Source: Candidatus Woesearchaeota archaeon (lineage in GTDB: Archaea; Nanobdellota; Nanobdellia; Woesearchaeales; ARS49). Taken from it: a stretch of 59,397 bases of DNA. Below are positions 16,051-25,484 of this stretch, in pieces. Both the position numbers and the translations under genes were made by a program. The notes beneath the pieces are model-generated. The model saw only the letters and a program-made list of their open reading frames with translations. It had not been told where the DNA came from and searched no databases. Positions within the stretch are counted from its first letter, which is position 1. Each line of letters begins with the position of its first letter. Location of the stretch: positions 1 through 59,397 of the forward strand of contig JAWABQ010000004.1 of NCBI GenBank assembly GCA_038884575.1. Direction: 5' to 3'.

Positions 16051-17331
16051 TTACGCCTTCTTAACAAGGTCAATGCACATTCCTGCAGCGACCGTGTTTC
16101 CTGAGTCCCTGACTGCGAACTTCGCAAGCTTCGGGATATCCTTCTGCTTCTCAATCACAAGCGGCTGCATTGGCTTGATCTTGACGACCGCCACATCGCC
16201 GTTCTTGATGAAGTCAGGCTTGTCCTGCAATGTTTCTCCTGTTGCAGGGTTTATCTTCTTCACAAGCTCCACGAACTGGCATGCAACCTGCGAGGTGTGG
16301 ATGTGGAATACAGGAGTATACCCTGCTGTGATGACAGTCGGGTGGTTCAGCACAACCAGCTGCGCAGTGAATTCAGTCGCCACTGTGGGCGGGTTGTCTG
16401 ACTTTCCAAGCACGTCGCCGCGGGCAATGTCCTTCTGCTCGATGCCACGGACATTGAAACCGACATTGTCCCCTGGCTCAGCCTCATTGATTGCCTCGTG
16501 GTGCATCTCAATGCTCTTGACCTCGCCTGACACACCCTTTCCTTCGCGTGCAGGCATTATGATGACCTTATCGCCGACCTTCATTACCCCTGTCTCAACA
16601 CGGCCAACCGGCACAACGCCGATTCCCTTGATGTTGTAGACATCCTGCAATGGCAGGCGCAGCGGCAAATTTGTCGGCTTTTCAGGCGGAGCAAGCTTGT
16701 CCAGCGCCTCAATAAGGGTCGGGCCCGTATACCACGGCATGTTCGTGCTCTTCTTCACGACATTGTCCCCAGGATATGAGGCAATAGGTATTACCTGGAC
16801 AGTCTCTGTCTTGTATCCGACGCTCTTCAAAAGCGCAAGCGCGTCAGCCTTTATCTGCTCAAACTTCTTCTGGTCATACTTGTTCAGGTCCATCTTGTTG
16901 CACGCAACTATGACCTGCGCAACGCCAAGCGTCTTGCAGAGGAATGCGTGCTCCTTTGTCTGCGCCTGGACTCCTTCAGAGCCGACCACGAGCACTGCAG
17001 CATCTGCCTGCGATGCGCCTGTAATCATGTTCTTGATGAAGTCCCTGTGGCCTGGCGCGTCAATTATTGTGAAGTCGTACTTTGGCGTGCCAAACTTCTT
17101 GTGCGTGAGGTCTATTGTGACTCCGCGCTCACGCTCCTCCTTGAGTTCGTCCATGACGAATGCGAATTCGAATCCGCCCTTTCCAAGGCGCTCTGCCTCT
17201 TCCTTAAGCTTCCTCAGCACCTGCTCCTCTATGTGACCTGAGTCGAAAAGCAGCCTGCCGACTGTAGTGGACTTGCCGTGGTCGACATGACCGACGAACA
17301 CAAGGTTTACATGCGGTTTTCCTTTTGCCAT
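16051..17331 (-). CDS. tuf: Elongation factor 1-alpha
   Basis: [29 protein letters not shown]; GGAGGT SD before MAKGKPH. Confidence 0.97.
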   Translation of the reverse strand: MAKGKPHVNLVFVGHVDHGKSTTVGRLLFDSGHIEEQVLRKLKEEAERLGKGGFEFAFVMDELKEERERGVTIDLTHKKFGTPKYDFTIIDAPGHRDFIKNMITGASQADAAVLVVGSEGVQAQTKEHAFLCKTLGVAQVIVACNKMDLNKYDQKKFEQIKADALALLKSVGYKTETVQVIPIASYPGDNVVKKSTNMPWYTGPTLIEALDKLAPPEKPTNLPLRLPLQDVYNIKGIGVVPVGRVETGVMKVGDKVIIMPAREGKGVSGEVKSIEMHHEAINEAEPGDNVGFNVRGIEQKDIARGDVLGKSDNPPTVATEFTAQLVVLNHPTVITAGYTPVFHIHTSQVACQFVELVKKINPATGETLQDKPDFIKNGDVAVVKIKPMQPLVIEKQKDIPKLAKFAVRDSGNTVAAGMCIDLVKKA

Positions 17332-17440
17332 AATGATACCTCCAATCTCACAGGGGCTTCCAACGGCATTTTTGCCTCTTTGCACCCCTCTGTATCTTGA
17401 AATTTGGTTATAGACGATGGGAACGGCGCCTATTTATAAA
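17332..17440 (-). promoter_or_regulatory. aEF-1alpha promoter and structured 5' leader
   Basis: TTTATAAA at 17433-17440; nested stems whose outer helix overlaps the SD. Confidence 0.55.
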
Positions 17441-17452
17441 GCTATCGGACGC

Positions 17453-19657
17453 TCAAGCCCCGAGCATTCCTGCTGTGAGCCCCTTGCGCTGGACTATCTG
17501 CCTGACCACCTTGTCCTGAAGTTCAGAAGGAAGGCGCTCAAACACCTGGTCAACAAGCGAGCTTGTCCCGCGACCGCCTGTGGCAGACCTCAAATCAGAG
17601 CTCCACCCAAGCATTTCAGCAACAGGAAGCTTTGCCTTTATTATTGAGAGCATTCCCTCCTGCGTGAGCTCAAGCACCTGGCCGCGCTTGTTCATCACGA
17701 GCTTTGTCATTTCGCCAGTGTAATCAACAGGAGCCTCTATGAGATGGGTCTGCATAGGCTCAAAGATTGCAGGACCTGCACCCATCATTGACGTCTTAAT
17801 GGACTCCCTGACAGCAGGATACATCTGCGCAGGACCGCGGTGGATTGCATCCTCGTGGAGCTTGAGATCTGACATCACAACCTTGACCCCAAAGCACGGC
17901 TCTCGCGCCAACGGACCGCCGTCCATGACCTGCTCAAACCCGTCAAGCAACAATTCCATAACCTCGCCTATCTGCACAATCCCCTTTGTCTTGTCAATGA
18001 AGAAATTACCCTTGTAAATGTCCTTGACTGCAAGCGCAGTGTCATTGTCATAACCAACATCAACAAGGGTATCCCTGATTGCCAAATCCTTCTTTTTGAT
18101 GCGACCCTCAGGCAAGTCCCCGTTCCTGATAAGCTCCCTGACATGGGGCTCAAGAGGCTCAACATAAATATACACCTTGTTGTGCTTGTTTGGCGACTTA
18201 CCCTCTGCCTCAGGCCCCTTCTTGGTGACTGTCTCGCGGTAAACAACAATCGGCGGCGAGGTCTTCACATCAACATTCTTCTCAGTCTTTATCCTGCCTT
18301 CAATGATTTCAAGGTGGAGCTCGCCCATGCCATGCATCAGGTTTTCGCCAGTCTCCTGGTTTATTTCAATCTTGATTGACGGGTCCTCCTTTGCAACCTT
18401 CCTGAGAACCTCAACAAGCTTGCTCAAATCCTGAGGCTTCAACGGCTCAATCGCCTTTGTGATGACCGGCTCAAAGATGTGCTTAAGCTCCTCAAACGGC
18501 TGCTCAGGCTCAAGGGTGATTGTCTCCCCTGCTGTTGCAGAAATGCCTGCAAGAGCCAAGACATTCCCTGCAGGAACCTCATTAACGAGCTCCGGCTTGA
18601 CCCCCTGGTACATCATCACCTGCGCAATCTTCTGGTTCTGCTTTGCAAGATTCAAATGCACAGGCATACCCTCTTTAATCGTGCCTGAATAAAGCCTTCC
18701 TGCTGCAATCTCCCTCCCAGACCTCGGGTCTATTGTGATTCTTGTGACACAAAACGCAAGCTTGCCGTTCCTGTTGCACCCAAGCAGGTCCTTTCCAAAC
18801 TCCGAGTCAAGGTCGCCGCGCCATATCTTCGGAATCCTGTACTTCTGGGCCTCTATCGGGTTTGGCAGGTGCTTAATGACCATGTCAAGAAGAACTTCGT
18901 AAAGCGGCGCATTCTTCCAGGTCCAGTCCTGGCGCGCCTGCTCTGTCATCCCGCCCTTGTAAAGGTCAATTATGTCCTTGAAGCTTATTCCCTTTTTCTT
19001 CATGAAAGGCACAGATGTTGCCCAGTTTTCCCTTGCAGACCCAAAGGCAACAGAGCCGTTTGTAATGTCAACCTGCCATTTTTTCTTGAACTCGCCCTCT
19101 GCGATGCTCTCAATCAGCCTGTTGAACTCCATGACTATCTTCAGGAACCTCTGCTGCATCTGCTCAGGCGTGAACTGGAGCTCTGTAATGAGCCTGTCAA
19201 CCTTGTTGATGAAAAGCACAGGCTTGACGCGCTCCCTCAAAGCCTGCTTGATGACAGTCTCTGTCTGCGGCATTATGCCCTCTGAGGCGCAGACAAGCAC
19301 GATTGTGCCGTCAATAGCGCGCATTGCCCTTGTGACATTGCCGCCAAAATCAACATGGCCAGGGGTGTCAATGAGGTTGATGAGGTATTCCTGCCCCTCA
19401 AACTTGTGGACCATTGAGACATTTGCAGCGTCAACAGTGAGGAGCCTTGTCTGCTCATCAATGTGCTGCCAGGTCGCCATACCCTTTTCGAGCGAGCCTG
19501 CTGCAACCTTTGACATAAGCCCTGCTGCTGCAAGCAGGTTGTCTGTCAGTGCGGTCTTTCCGTGGTGGATGTGCGCGCTTGTGCAGATGTTGCGGATGTT
19601 CTCCTGCTTGTCAGCCAGGCGCTTCATCATTTCAAGCTGTGTCTCTTTTTCTACCAT
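17453..19657 (-). CDS. fusA: Elongation factor aEF-2
   Basis: INLIDTPGHVDF, FINKVDR, GMGELHLE, SPNKHN, diphthamide loop LHEDAIHRGPAQ. Confidence 0.96.
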   Translation of the reverse strand: MVEKETQLEMMKRLADKQENIRNICTSAHIHHGKTALTDNLLAAAGLMSKVAAGSLEKGMATWQHIDEQTRLLTVDAANVSMVHKFEGQEYLINLIDTPGHVDFGGNVTRAMRAIDGTIVLVCASEGIMPQTETVIKQALRERVKPVLFINKVDRLITELQFTPEQMQQRFLKIVMEFNRLIESIAEGEFKKKWQVDITNGSVAFGSARENWATSVPFMKKKGISFKDIIDLYKGGMTEQARQDWTWKNAPLYEVLLDMVIKHLPNPIEAQKYRIPKIWRGDLDSEFGKDLLGCNRNGKLAFCVTRITIDPRSGREIAAGRLYSGTIKEGMPVHLNLAKQNQKIAQVMMYQGVKPELVNEVPAGNVLALAGISATAGETITLEPEQPFEELKHIFEPVITKAIEPLKPQDLSKLVEVLRKVAKEDPSIKIEINQETGENLMHGMGELHLEIIEGRIKTEKNVDVKTSPPIVVYRETVTKKGPEAEGKSPNKHNKVYIYVEPLEPHVRELIRNGDLPEGRIKKKDLAIRDTLVDVGYDNDTALAVKDIYKGNFFIDKTKGIVQIGEVMELLLDGFEQVMDGGPLAREPCFGVKVVMSDLKLHEDAIHRGPAQMYPAVRESIKTSMMGAGPAIFEPMQTHLIEAPVDYTGEMTKLVMNKRGQVLELTQEGMLSIIKAKLPVAEMLGWSSDLRSATGGRGTSSLVDQVFERLPSELQDKVVRQIVQRKGLTAGMLGA

Positions 19658-19663
19658 TTTCAA

Positions 19664-20161
19664 TCACTCAAGGCGTGTATGTATATCATGAACATTCCTG
19701 TACGTGTGGAGCTCCTTTGGCGAAAACCAGAGCTCAAGCTCGGCTTTTGCATCCTGCTTGCTGGATGAAGCGTGGATTACATTTGGCGTTGACCTGTCCC
19801 TCAGGTCAGCGTATTTGAGGCACACATGGGCATAGTCGCCGCGGATAGTGCCGGGCATGGCTGACTTTGGCTCTGTCGGGCCGACAATCTTCCTGACAAC
19901 CTCAATTGCCTCAATGCCCTCAAGCGCGATTGCAACAACAGGACCTGCCCTCAAAAAGTCAATGCACTGCTGCCTGATGCGCTCGCCGTGCTTCTTTGCA
20001 ATTTCCTCACTATAATGCTTTTTTGCCATTGCCTCATCAGCCCACACCATTTTCATCCCCACAATCTTCAGGCCTGCGCGCTCAAAGCGCGAAATTATCT
20101 CTCCGACCAACGCACGCTGCACCGCATCCGGCTTAAGGAGGACGAGCGTGCGCTCAATCAT
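19664..20161 (-). CDS. ndk: Nucleoside diphosphate kinase
   Basis: ERTLVLLKPDAVQR, PGTIRGD, NVIHASSS. Confidence 0.96.
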   Translation of the reverse strand: MIERTLVLLKPDAVQRALVGEIISRFERAGLKIVGMKMVWADEAMAKKHYSEEIAKKHGERIRQQCIDFLRAGPVVAIALEGIEAIEVVRKIVGPTEPKSAMPGTIRGDYAHVCLKYADLRDRSTPNVIHASSSKQDAKAELELWFSPKELHTYRNVHDIHTRLE

Positions 20162-20394
20162 TTCTTCCCCTCCTTTGCAGCAGCCTTCTCCTCCTTGTCT
20201 CCTGCCGCCCTGTGCTGCTTTTTCTCCCTCGCGAACTCAAGCGTCCATTTTGTGGTTCTCGGCTTGTGGTCCTTCTCAATCAAGTGGGTTTCGCACTTTC
20301 CTGAGCAGAACATGAATATCCTGCCGTCTGTCTTCACGAACATGATTCCTGTGCCAGGCTCAATGACCCTCCTGCAAAAAGAGCAGCGCGCCAT
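20158..20394 (-). CDS. rpl24e: 50S ribosomal protein eL24
   Basis: CSFC..IEPGTG..FCSGKC..KWT. Confidence 0.96.
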   Translation of the reverse strand: MARCSFCRRVIEPGTGIMFVKTDGRIFMFCSGKCETHLIEKDHKPRTTKWTLEFAREKKQHRAAGDKEEKAAAKEGKK

Positions 20395-20396
20395 GC

Positions 20397-20720
20397 TTAC
20401 GAGCCCCCTGCCCTGCCGCCCTTGTTAAGCGGCCTTGCCTCGATTTCAGTCTCCCTGAGCATCAGTATATCATCCTTCTGCACAGGCCCTTTCACATTCC
20501 TGCGCATAATCTTGTCCTTGTCGCGGCCATCAAGCACCCTGACACGGACCTGTATTGCCTCGCCCCTCATCCCTGTCCTGCCAATGACTTCCTCAACTCT
20601 TGCAGGGGTCGCAATAGTGAACCTTACCCCCTCTGCCACCTGGGCTTTTGCGCCTGGCGCGCCCTTCTGCACAGGCGCCGGCTGCGACATGTCAACAATC
20701 TTTCTTTTTGGGTCTCCCAT
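20397..20720 (-). CDS. rps28e: 30S ribosomal protein eS28 with N-terminal extension
   Basis: [30 protein letters not shown]. Confidence 0.95.
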   Translation of the reverse strand: MGDPKRKIVDMSQPAPVQKGAPGAKAQVAEGVRFTIATPARVEEVIGRTGMRGEAIQVRVRVLDGRDKDKIMRRNVKGPVQKDDILMLRETEIEARPLNKGGRAGGS

Positions 20721-20722
20721 TT

Positions 20723-21052
20723 TCAGGCTCCGCCCTTGAGGTCCTTGATAATATTCTTTGCCTCCCCCTCTGCTATGATTGCAATTGCCCCAGTAGGCAC
20801 CTTGATTCCTGCAGCTGCTCCAAGCTCTTCCTTGCTTGGCACCTCAATACACACAACACCCTTTTCCTTTGCAAGAAGGGGCAGGTGCATCACGACCTCT
20901 GCCGGCTGGACATCCTTTGCATAAACAACAAGCTTTGCAGTCCCCCGCTCAAGAGCCTTTGTTGCCTCATTAGTGCCTTTCTTGATCTTGCCTGTGCTCC
21001 TCGCAAGCTCAACTGCCTCGAGAGCCTTTTCCGCAGGTCCTTTGTCTGCCAT
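20723..21052 (-). CDS. rpl7ae: 50S ribosomal protein eL8 (L7Ae)
   Basis: [28 protein letters not shown]; GGAGGA SD before MADKG. Confidence 0.96.
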   Translation of the reverse strand: MADKGPAEKALEAVELARSTGKIKKGTNEATKALERGTAKLVVYAKDVQPAEVVMHLPLLAKEKGVVCIEVPSKEELGAAAGIKVPTGAIAIIAEGEAKNIIKDLKGGA

Positions 21053-21190
21053 TTTGATTTTCCTCCTTCCGACAATGTGAGGATAGAAACAACACCTCAC
21101 TCTGCGCAAGACGCTGGACGCAGCACGCGAGACGCCTTGCGCATCATAGTTTCATCGGTTTAATCGCAAAATCAAGGGTTTGTTTATAAA
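21053..21190 (-). promoter_or_regulatory. rpl7ae promoter and 5' leader with tandem k-turns
   Basis: TTTATAAA 21183-21190; ACC-GAU-GA-AAC-UAU-GA-UGCGCAAG...CUUGCGCA-GA-GU-GA-GGU. Confidence 0.7.
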
Positions 21191-21209
21191 GGTTTTGGTA
21201 GAACTTATT

Positions 21210-22121
21210 TTACTTCCTTTTCTTCCTTGTCTCGTATGCCTTGCGCCACTTTTTCATCTGCCTTATCTGGCGCTTCAGCTCCTGGTGCTCGTGCAGCTTT
21301 TTGCCAAGCGTTGCAGCCACGCCCGCACCCGGAATTAGCGTTGCCGCGAGCTCTGCGCCAACCTCAAACATCCCCTCAGAAACAAGGCGCTTTTTCATTT
21401 CAGCGCTCAATATCCTTTCACCGCGCTTCCACGCGCCTGTCACGGCATCAACCTCAATGGTCTTGCCATGCTCTGCCCCTTCCTCGCGGAACTCAAACAC
21501 GTGCACAGGCCTCAGGATAAGCGCAAGCCTCTTGATTTCAACAATCTCCTGAATAATCGTGTCTGCCTGTATCGGCCTGACAAGCTCCTTGATAAGCTGG
21601 TTGACAATGAATGAGGCGCGGATGCTTATTGGCTCCATGACAGCATCGCCTTTTTGCACGCTCTCAACATTCCTCACTGCCTTTTTCTTTGCCCCAAGAT
21701 ACCTTTCAAGGTTCTTTTCCTTCTCGTGCACTGCACTTTGCAGGATTTCCTTGGAATAATTCTCAAAGCAGTGGTCTTCTGCATCAAAATGCACATAAGG
21801 CTCATCCTGGCTTACTGCGATTGTCCTGCCGTTGAATGTTATGCTCCTTACCTCTGGCCTTACCTGGAAGCCGTAATGGCTCCTCCTCTTGTATTCCTGC
21901 ACGCTCTCGCCAATCAGGTGCCAGAAAGGCTCATACCTTTTCTGGTAAGCAGAAAGCGATATCTGGCGCTTCTGCTTCTCAAACATCTTCATTATGCCTG
22001 TAATTACCCCAAATGCCTTTGACTTGTTCTGCTCTGCTATTGCCTGCGCCTCCTCTTTAGAATAGGCATCCTGAAGAACCTCAATGGTCTTTGCACCCCT
22101 TGCAAACACTATCTTAACCAT
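21210..22121 (-). CDS. Hypothetical protein
   Basis: 303-aa ORF overlapping the upstream stop; host-like codon usage. Confidence 0.7.
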   Translation of the reverse strand: MVKIVFARGAKTIEVLQDAYSKEEAQAIAEQNKSKAFGVITGIMKMFEKQKRQISLSAYQKRYEPFWHLIGESVQEYKRRSHYGFQVRPEVRSITFNGRTIAVSQDEPYVHFDAEDHCFENYSKEILQSAVHEKEKNLERYLGAKKKAVRNVESVQKGDAVMEPISIRASFIVNQLIKELVRPIQADTIIQEIVEIKRLALILRPVHVFEFREEGAEHGKTIEVDAVTGAWKRGERILSAEMKKRLVSEGMFEVGAELAATLIPGAGVAATLGKKLHEHQELKRQIRQMKKWRKAYETRKKRK

Positions 22122-22785
22122 GCTGCTGGAAAAAAGACAGGCTGTTTAAAAATGCTTCCTTCCCAAAGTCCTTCCACTGCACTTCGGAAAAATGCACAAC
22201 CGCGCCGGGCGAGTCCCAGAGCAGGACGCCCCCTGACTTTTTCGCAGGCGCTGTGTGGATTATCAGGCTCGGAGGCAGCAGCGTCGACGTAAGCATTGCC
22301 TCCTTGAGGGTCGCGCGCGTTATCTGCTCAGGGGCGAGCTTGCCCAGCTGGACGTGCTTTGCCAGCAGCTTTGCGCCATCAACAATATCCTCCTGGCCGT
22401 CATATCGCACGCAAAAGTTCACAAAGCACCTGTCATAATCGCTTGTTGAGGACATCACGTGCTTTATGGGCTCAATTGCGCGCTCAGGAAGCTCATACCA
22501 CTTGCCAAGAACAGAAATTTTCACCTGGTTGTTGTCAAGAAACGGCTCGTGCATCAATGCGGTGAAAAGGGTGACTATCGCATTGACCTCATTCTCTGCA
22601 GAAGACGAGGGAAAGTGCAGGGTAAGCATTGGGATTTTAAGGCTGACTGCAAGAGTCACAAGCTCAATGATATTTCGCAGGGTTGCCTCTGGCTGGACAG
22701 GCTCCCTGGAATTCATGCTTATCGCAACATGGGTGGGAAGCGGCCTCGGGCTAAGCGTCACTCCCCCCACTTCCGTCTGATTCAC
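22114..22785 (-). CDS. cis-prenyltransferase (UppS-like) homolog, catalytically degenerate
   Basis: PTHVAISMN, VKISVLG, NFCVRYDGQEDIV, PPSLIIHT, LLWDS. Confidence 0.8.
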   Translation of the reverse strand: MNQTEVGGVTLSPRPLPTHVAISMNSREPVQPEATLRNIIELVTLAVSLKIPMLTLHFPSSSAENEVNAIVTLFTALMHEPFLDNNQVKISVLGKWYELPERAIEPIKHVMSSTSDYDRCFVNFCVRYDGQEDIVDGAKLLAKHVQLGKLAPEQITRATLKEAMLTSTLLPPSLIIHTAPAKKSGGVLLWDSPGAVVHFSEVQWKDFGKEAFLNSLSFFQQHG

Positions 22786-22829
22786 ACCCTGTTTTCAAGG
22801 GGCAAGTATTTATATATGTTCTGAACGAA

Positions 22830-23681
22830 ATGCCTGTTATGATTGAAGCAGTGCTTTTCTCAATCGCGCTCGCACTCCTTGCCATCGGCGCATACACAGA
22901 CATAAGGACAAGGGAAGTGCCTGACTGGGTGAATTTTTCAGGGATAATAATCGGAATAGGGTTCAGGGCATTATGGGGGGCATCAGGCCAAAGCTGGAGC
23001 CAGCTCGGATACGGCGTGCTGGGATTGATTGTCTTTTTTGCACTCGCAATAGTAATGTATTATGCAGGCCAGTGGGGGGGAGGGGACAGCAAGCTGCTTA
23101 TGGCAATGGGAGCACTGCTTGGCTTCTGGTTCTCGCGCGACAATGCAGGGCTCGGGTTTTTGCTCTGGGCGCTGCTTGCAGGAGCAATTTACGGCATTGC
23201 ATGGAGCATTGTGATGGCATTCAAAAACCGCAGACTGTTTTTCCACAATTACGCAGCGCTTGCCAAAACACTCAGCTGGGCAAGGCTTCCTGTCCTTATC
23301 ACCCTTGTGCTCGGCATAGCATTTGCAATCGCGACAAATGACCCGCTGTTCAGGATGCTTTTACTCCTTGTTGCGCTCCTCACACCAGCACTATTCTACA
23401 CAGCAATCGGGGTCAAGGCTGTAGAAAAATCCTGCATGTACAGGAACATACCGCCAAGCCTGCTGACAGAAGGGGACTGGATTGCAAAGCCAGTCTATTA
23501 CAAAGGAAAATATATTTGCGGCCCAAAAGACCGCGGAATATCAAAAAAGACAATAAAAAAACTCCAGCGCCTTGGCATAAAAAAAGTTAGGGTCAAGGAC
23601 GGCATACCATTTGTGCCGTCATTCCTGCTTGCATTCATCCTTTACTGGATTTTCGGAAGCCCGCTTATGTGGCTTGTTTAA
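22830..23681 (+). CDS. Prepilin/prearchaellin peptidase (A24, PibD/FlaK-like)
   Basis: YTDIRTREVPDW and GGGDSKL catalytic Asps, many TMs, GIPFVPSFL. Confidence 0.9.
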   Translation: MPVMIEAVLFSIALALLAIGAYTDIRTREVPDWVNFSGIIIGIGFRALWGASGQSWSQLGYGVLGLIVFFALAIVMYYAGQWGGGDSKLLMAMGALLGFWFSRDNAGLGFLLWALLAGAIYGIAWSIVMAFKNRRLFFHNYAALAKTLSWARLPVLITLVLGIAFAIATNDPLFRMLLLLVALLTPALFYTAIGVKAVEKSCMYRNIPPSLLTEGDWIAKPVYYKGKYICGPKDRGISKKTIKKLQRLGIKKVRVKDGIPFVPSFLLAFILYWIFGSPLMWLV

Positions 23682-23709
23682 TTGAAGAAAACGCGCTGCC
23701 GGATTCGGG

Positions 23710-24225
23710 CTAAGGCAGCCTTTCAAGCTGTTTCAGGAGGTAGTTTTCACCCCCTTCCTCTATTTTCTCAGGCTTTTTCTCCTCTTTTGGCTTTTCCTCC
23801 TCCTTTTCAAATATCCCGATGTTCTTTGAGCCCTCCCTGAGGTTAAGCTCAACAGTGCTCATCTCCTCCTCTGACAATTGCCTCGGCTGCCACAAAAGGT
23901 TAAGACCATCATTTTCCCTCCTTGGCACAACGTTAATCAGGAAATGGTTGACCCCCTGGCCTGCAGCAATGCCGTTGTTGACTATTATGTTTGTGCCCTC
24001 TGCGCCAAGAGTCTCAAAGACAGCGATTGAGACCTTGTTTGCCTTGTCAAACATTTTCCCAATCACAAAATCAGGAACCTGCTCAAGAATTGCGGCGTGC
24101 TTTTTCGGGGCAAGTATTATGTGTCCGGCTACAGCAGGCTTTGGCGCAAGAAGTATTGCAATCTGGTCGTCCTCAAACAGCATGCCCTTCTTTGCCTTCA
24201 CCAGGTCGCAGATTTCGCAGCCCAT
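23710..24225 (-). CDS. HIT-fold protein, triad degenerate
   Basis: CEIC, GHIILAPKKH, GTNIIVNNGIAAGQ, HFLINVVPR. Confidence 0.85.
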   Translation of the reverse strand: MGCEICDLVKAKKGMLFEDDQIAILLAPKPAVAGHIILAPKKHAAILEQVPDFVIGKMFDKANKVSIAVFETLGAEGTNIIVNNGIAAGQGVNHFLINVVPRRENDGLNLLWQPRQLSEEEMSTVELNLREGSKNIGIFEKEEEKPKEEKKPEKIEEGGENYLLKQLERLP

Positions 24226-24902
24226 TATCTTGCCAAAAGCCGCGCAATGTCATCAAGGTTTGCCCCTTGCGCAGGCTTCACCTCCTTTGCTTTTCTGGCA
24301 GGCTTTTTTGCCTCTTTTTTTGCAGCTGCCTTTTTCGCAGGCGCCTTTTTTTCCGCAGGCCCCTCCTTTTCCATCTCATCTTTTGGCGCCTGAGACTCCT
24401 CCCCTGTTTCAGGCTCTGATTCTGCCTTCAGCCCAAGGGCCTTTGCAAGAGCCTTCCTGAGCACTTGCTGGGCTTTTTTTGCATCAGCAGGCGCCATTCC
24501 CCTTTCCGGCAGCACAAGCCCGACCCCGTCATTTTCCATCCGCGGAATAACGTGCATCATGAAATGCTGGGCCCTTTGCCCTGCTGTAACGCCGTTTGCC
24601 ACAAAGATGTTTGTTCCCTGCGCCTTCAGGGACCTCAGCTGGGCATGCGAAATGCCCTTTGCAACCATTCCAATATGGGCAAGAACATCCTCAGGAATCT
24701 GCGGCATTATCACATAGTGCTCTTTTGGAATAATCAGGACATGCCCTGGGTTTGCAGGGTTTATGTCAAGGACAACAACAACCCTGTCATCCTCATACAC
24801 CTTCTTGGAGGCAACCCTTCCTGCAGCAATATGGCAGAAAATACACTGCTGCCTTGCTGCCTGCGCGATTTCCTCTGGAGACATTGCGCCTTCTTCTGCC
24901 AT
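24225..24902 (-). CDS. HIT-fold protein, triad degenerate, Lys/Ala-rich tail
   Basis: CIFCHI, LDINPANPGHVL, HFMMHVIPR; KKAPAKKAAAKK tail. Confidence 0.85.
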   Translation of the reverse strand: MAEEGAMSPEEIAQAARQQCIFCHIAAGRVASKKVYEDDRVVVVLDINPANPGHVLIIPKEHYVIMPQIPEDVLAHIGMVAKGISHAQLRSLKAQGTNIFVANGVTAGQRAQHFMMHVIPRMENDGVGLVLPERGMAPADAKKAQQVLRKALAKALGLKAESEPETGEESQAPKDEMEKEGPAEKKAPAKKAAAKKEAKKPARKAKEVKPAQGANLDDIARLLAR

Positions 24903-25000
24903 ATCCTCTCTAAACCCTGCCTTGTTTATAATATTTGCCTGTAAAATCGCATTATTTATAAATGAGTATTGCCCGCACACAAGCCATAAAGAGGCGACAA

Positions 25001-25480
25001 ATGGACAAAAGAGGAGTTTCACCGCTTGTTGCAACAATACTCCTGATACTGCTCTCTGTGGGAATGGGTGTTGCAGTGATGAGCTGGGGAGAGGAATACA
25101 TAGAGGAAAAGGCTGAATTTGTCCAAGGAGTGCAGGAAACTCCCACAAGCTGCGACATGGTCTCATTCAACATTATAAAGATAGGAGGGGCTGACCAGCT
25201 CTGCCTTGAAGGCAGCACAATAAAAGGGCTGATTGACAACGGGCCTGACGCAAACATTGCAGGCATTCATGCGCGGATTGTTGCAGAAGGCGGCATAGGA
25301 GTAATCGAAAACATCCTTGACAGGCCGCTGCAAAGGGGAAGCGCTGCACAGGTCGCATTCAGCGCAGGCGGCACAGGACCTGTAAGCCAGATAAAGCTCA
25401 CCCCGAGCGTGACAATCGCAGGCAAGACAGTAATTTGCAGCAAGCAGGCAGTGATTGCAGAGAACATAAGAAACTGCTGA
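25001..25480 (+). CDS. Archaeal type IV pilin/archaellin-like protein
   Basis: Class III signal peptide MDKRG/VSPLVATILLILLSV. Confidence 0.85.
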   Translation: MDKRGVSPLVATILLILLSVGMGVAVMSWGEEYIEEKAEFVQGVQETPTSCDMVSFNIIKIGGADQLCLEGSTIKGLIDNGPDANIAGIHARIVAEGGIGVIENILDRPLQRGSAAQVAFSAGGTGPVSQIKLTPSVTIAGKTVICSKQAVIAENIRNC

Positions 25481-25484
25481 TTTC

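Noticed and set aside
21053-21109. N-terminal extensions of L7Ae (and similarly aEF-1alpha, Nth, PduO, EndoQ) in the ORF track
   Set aside because: Downstream ATGs have SD sites or overlaps and match family N-termini; extensions run through leaders or neighbouring genes.
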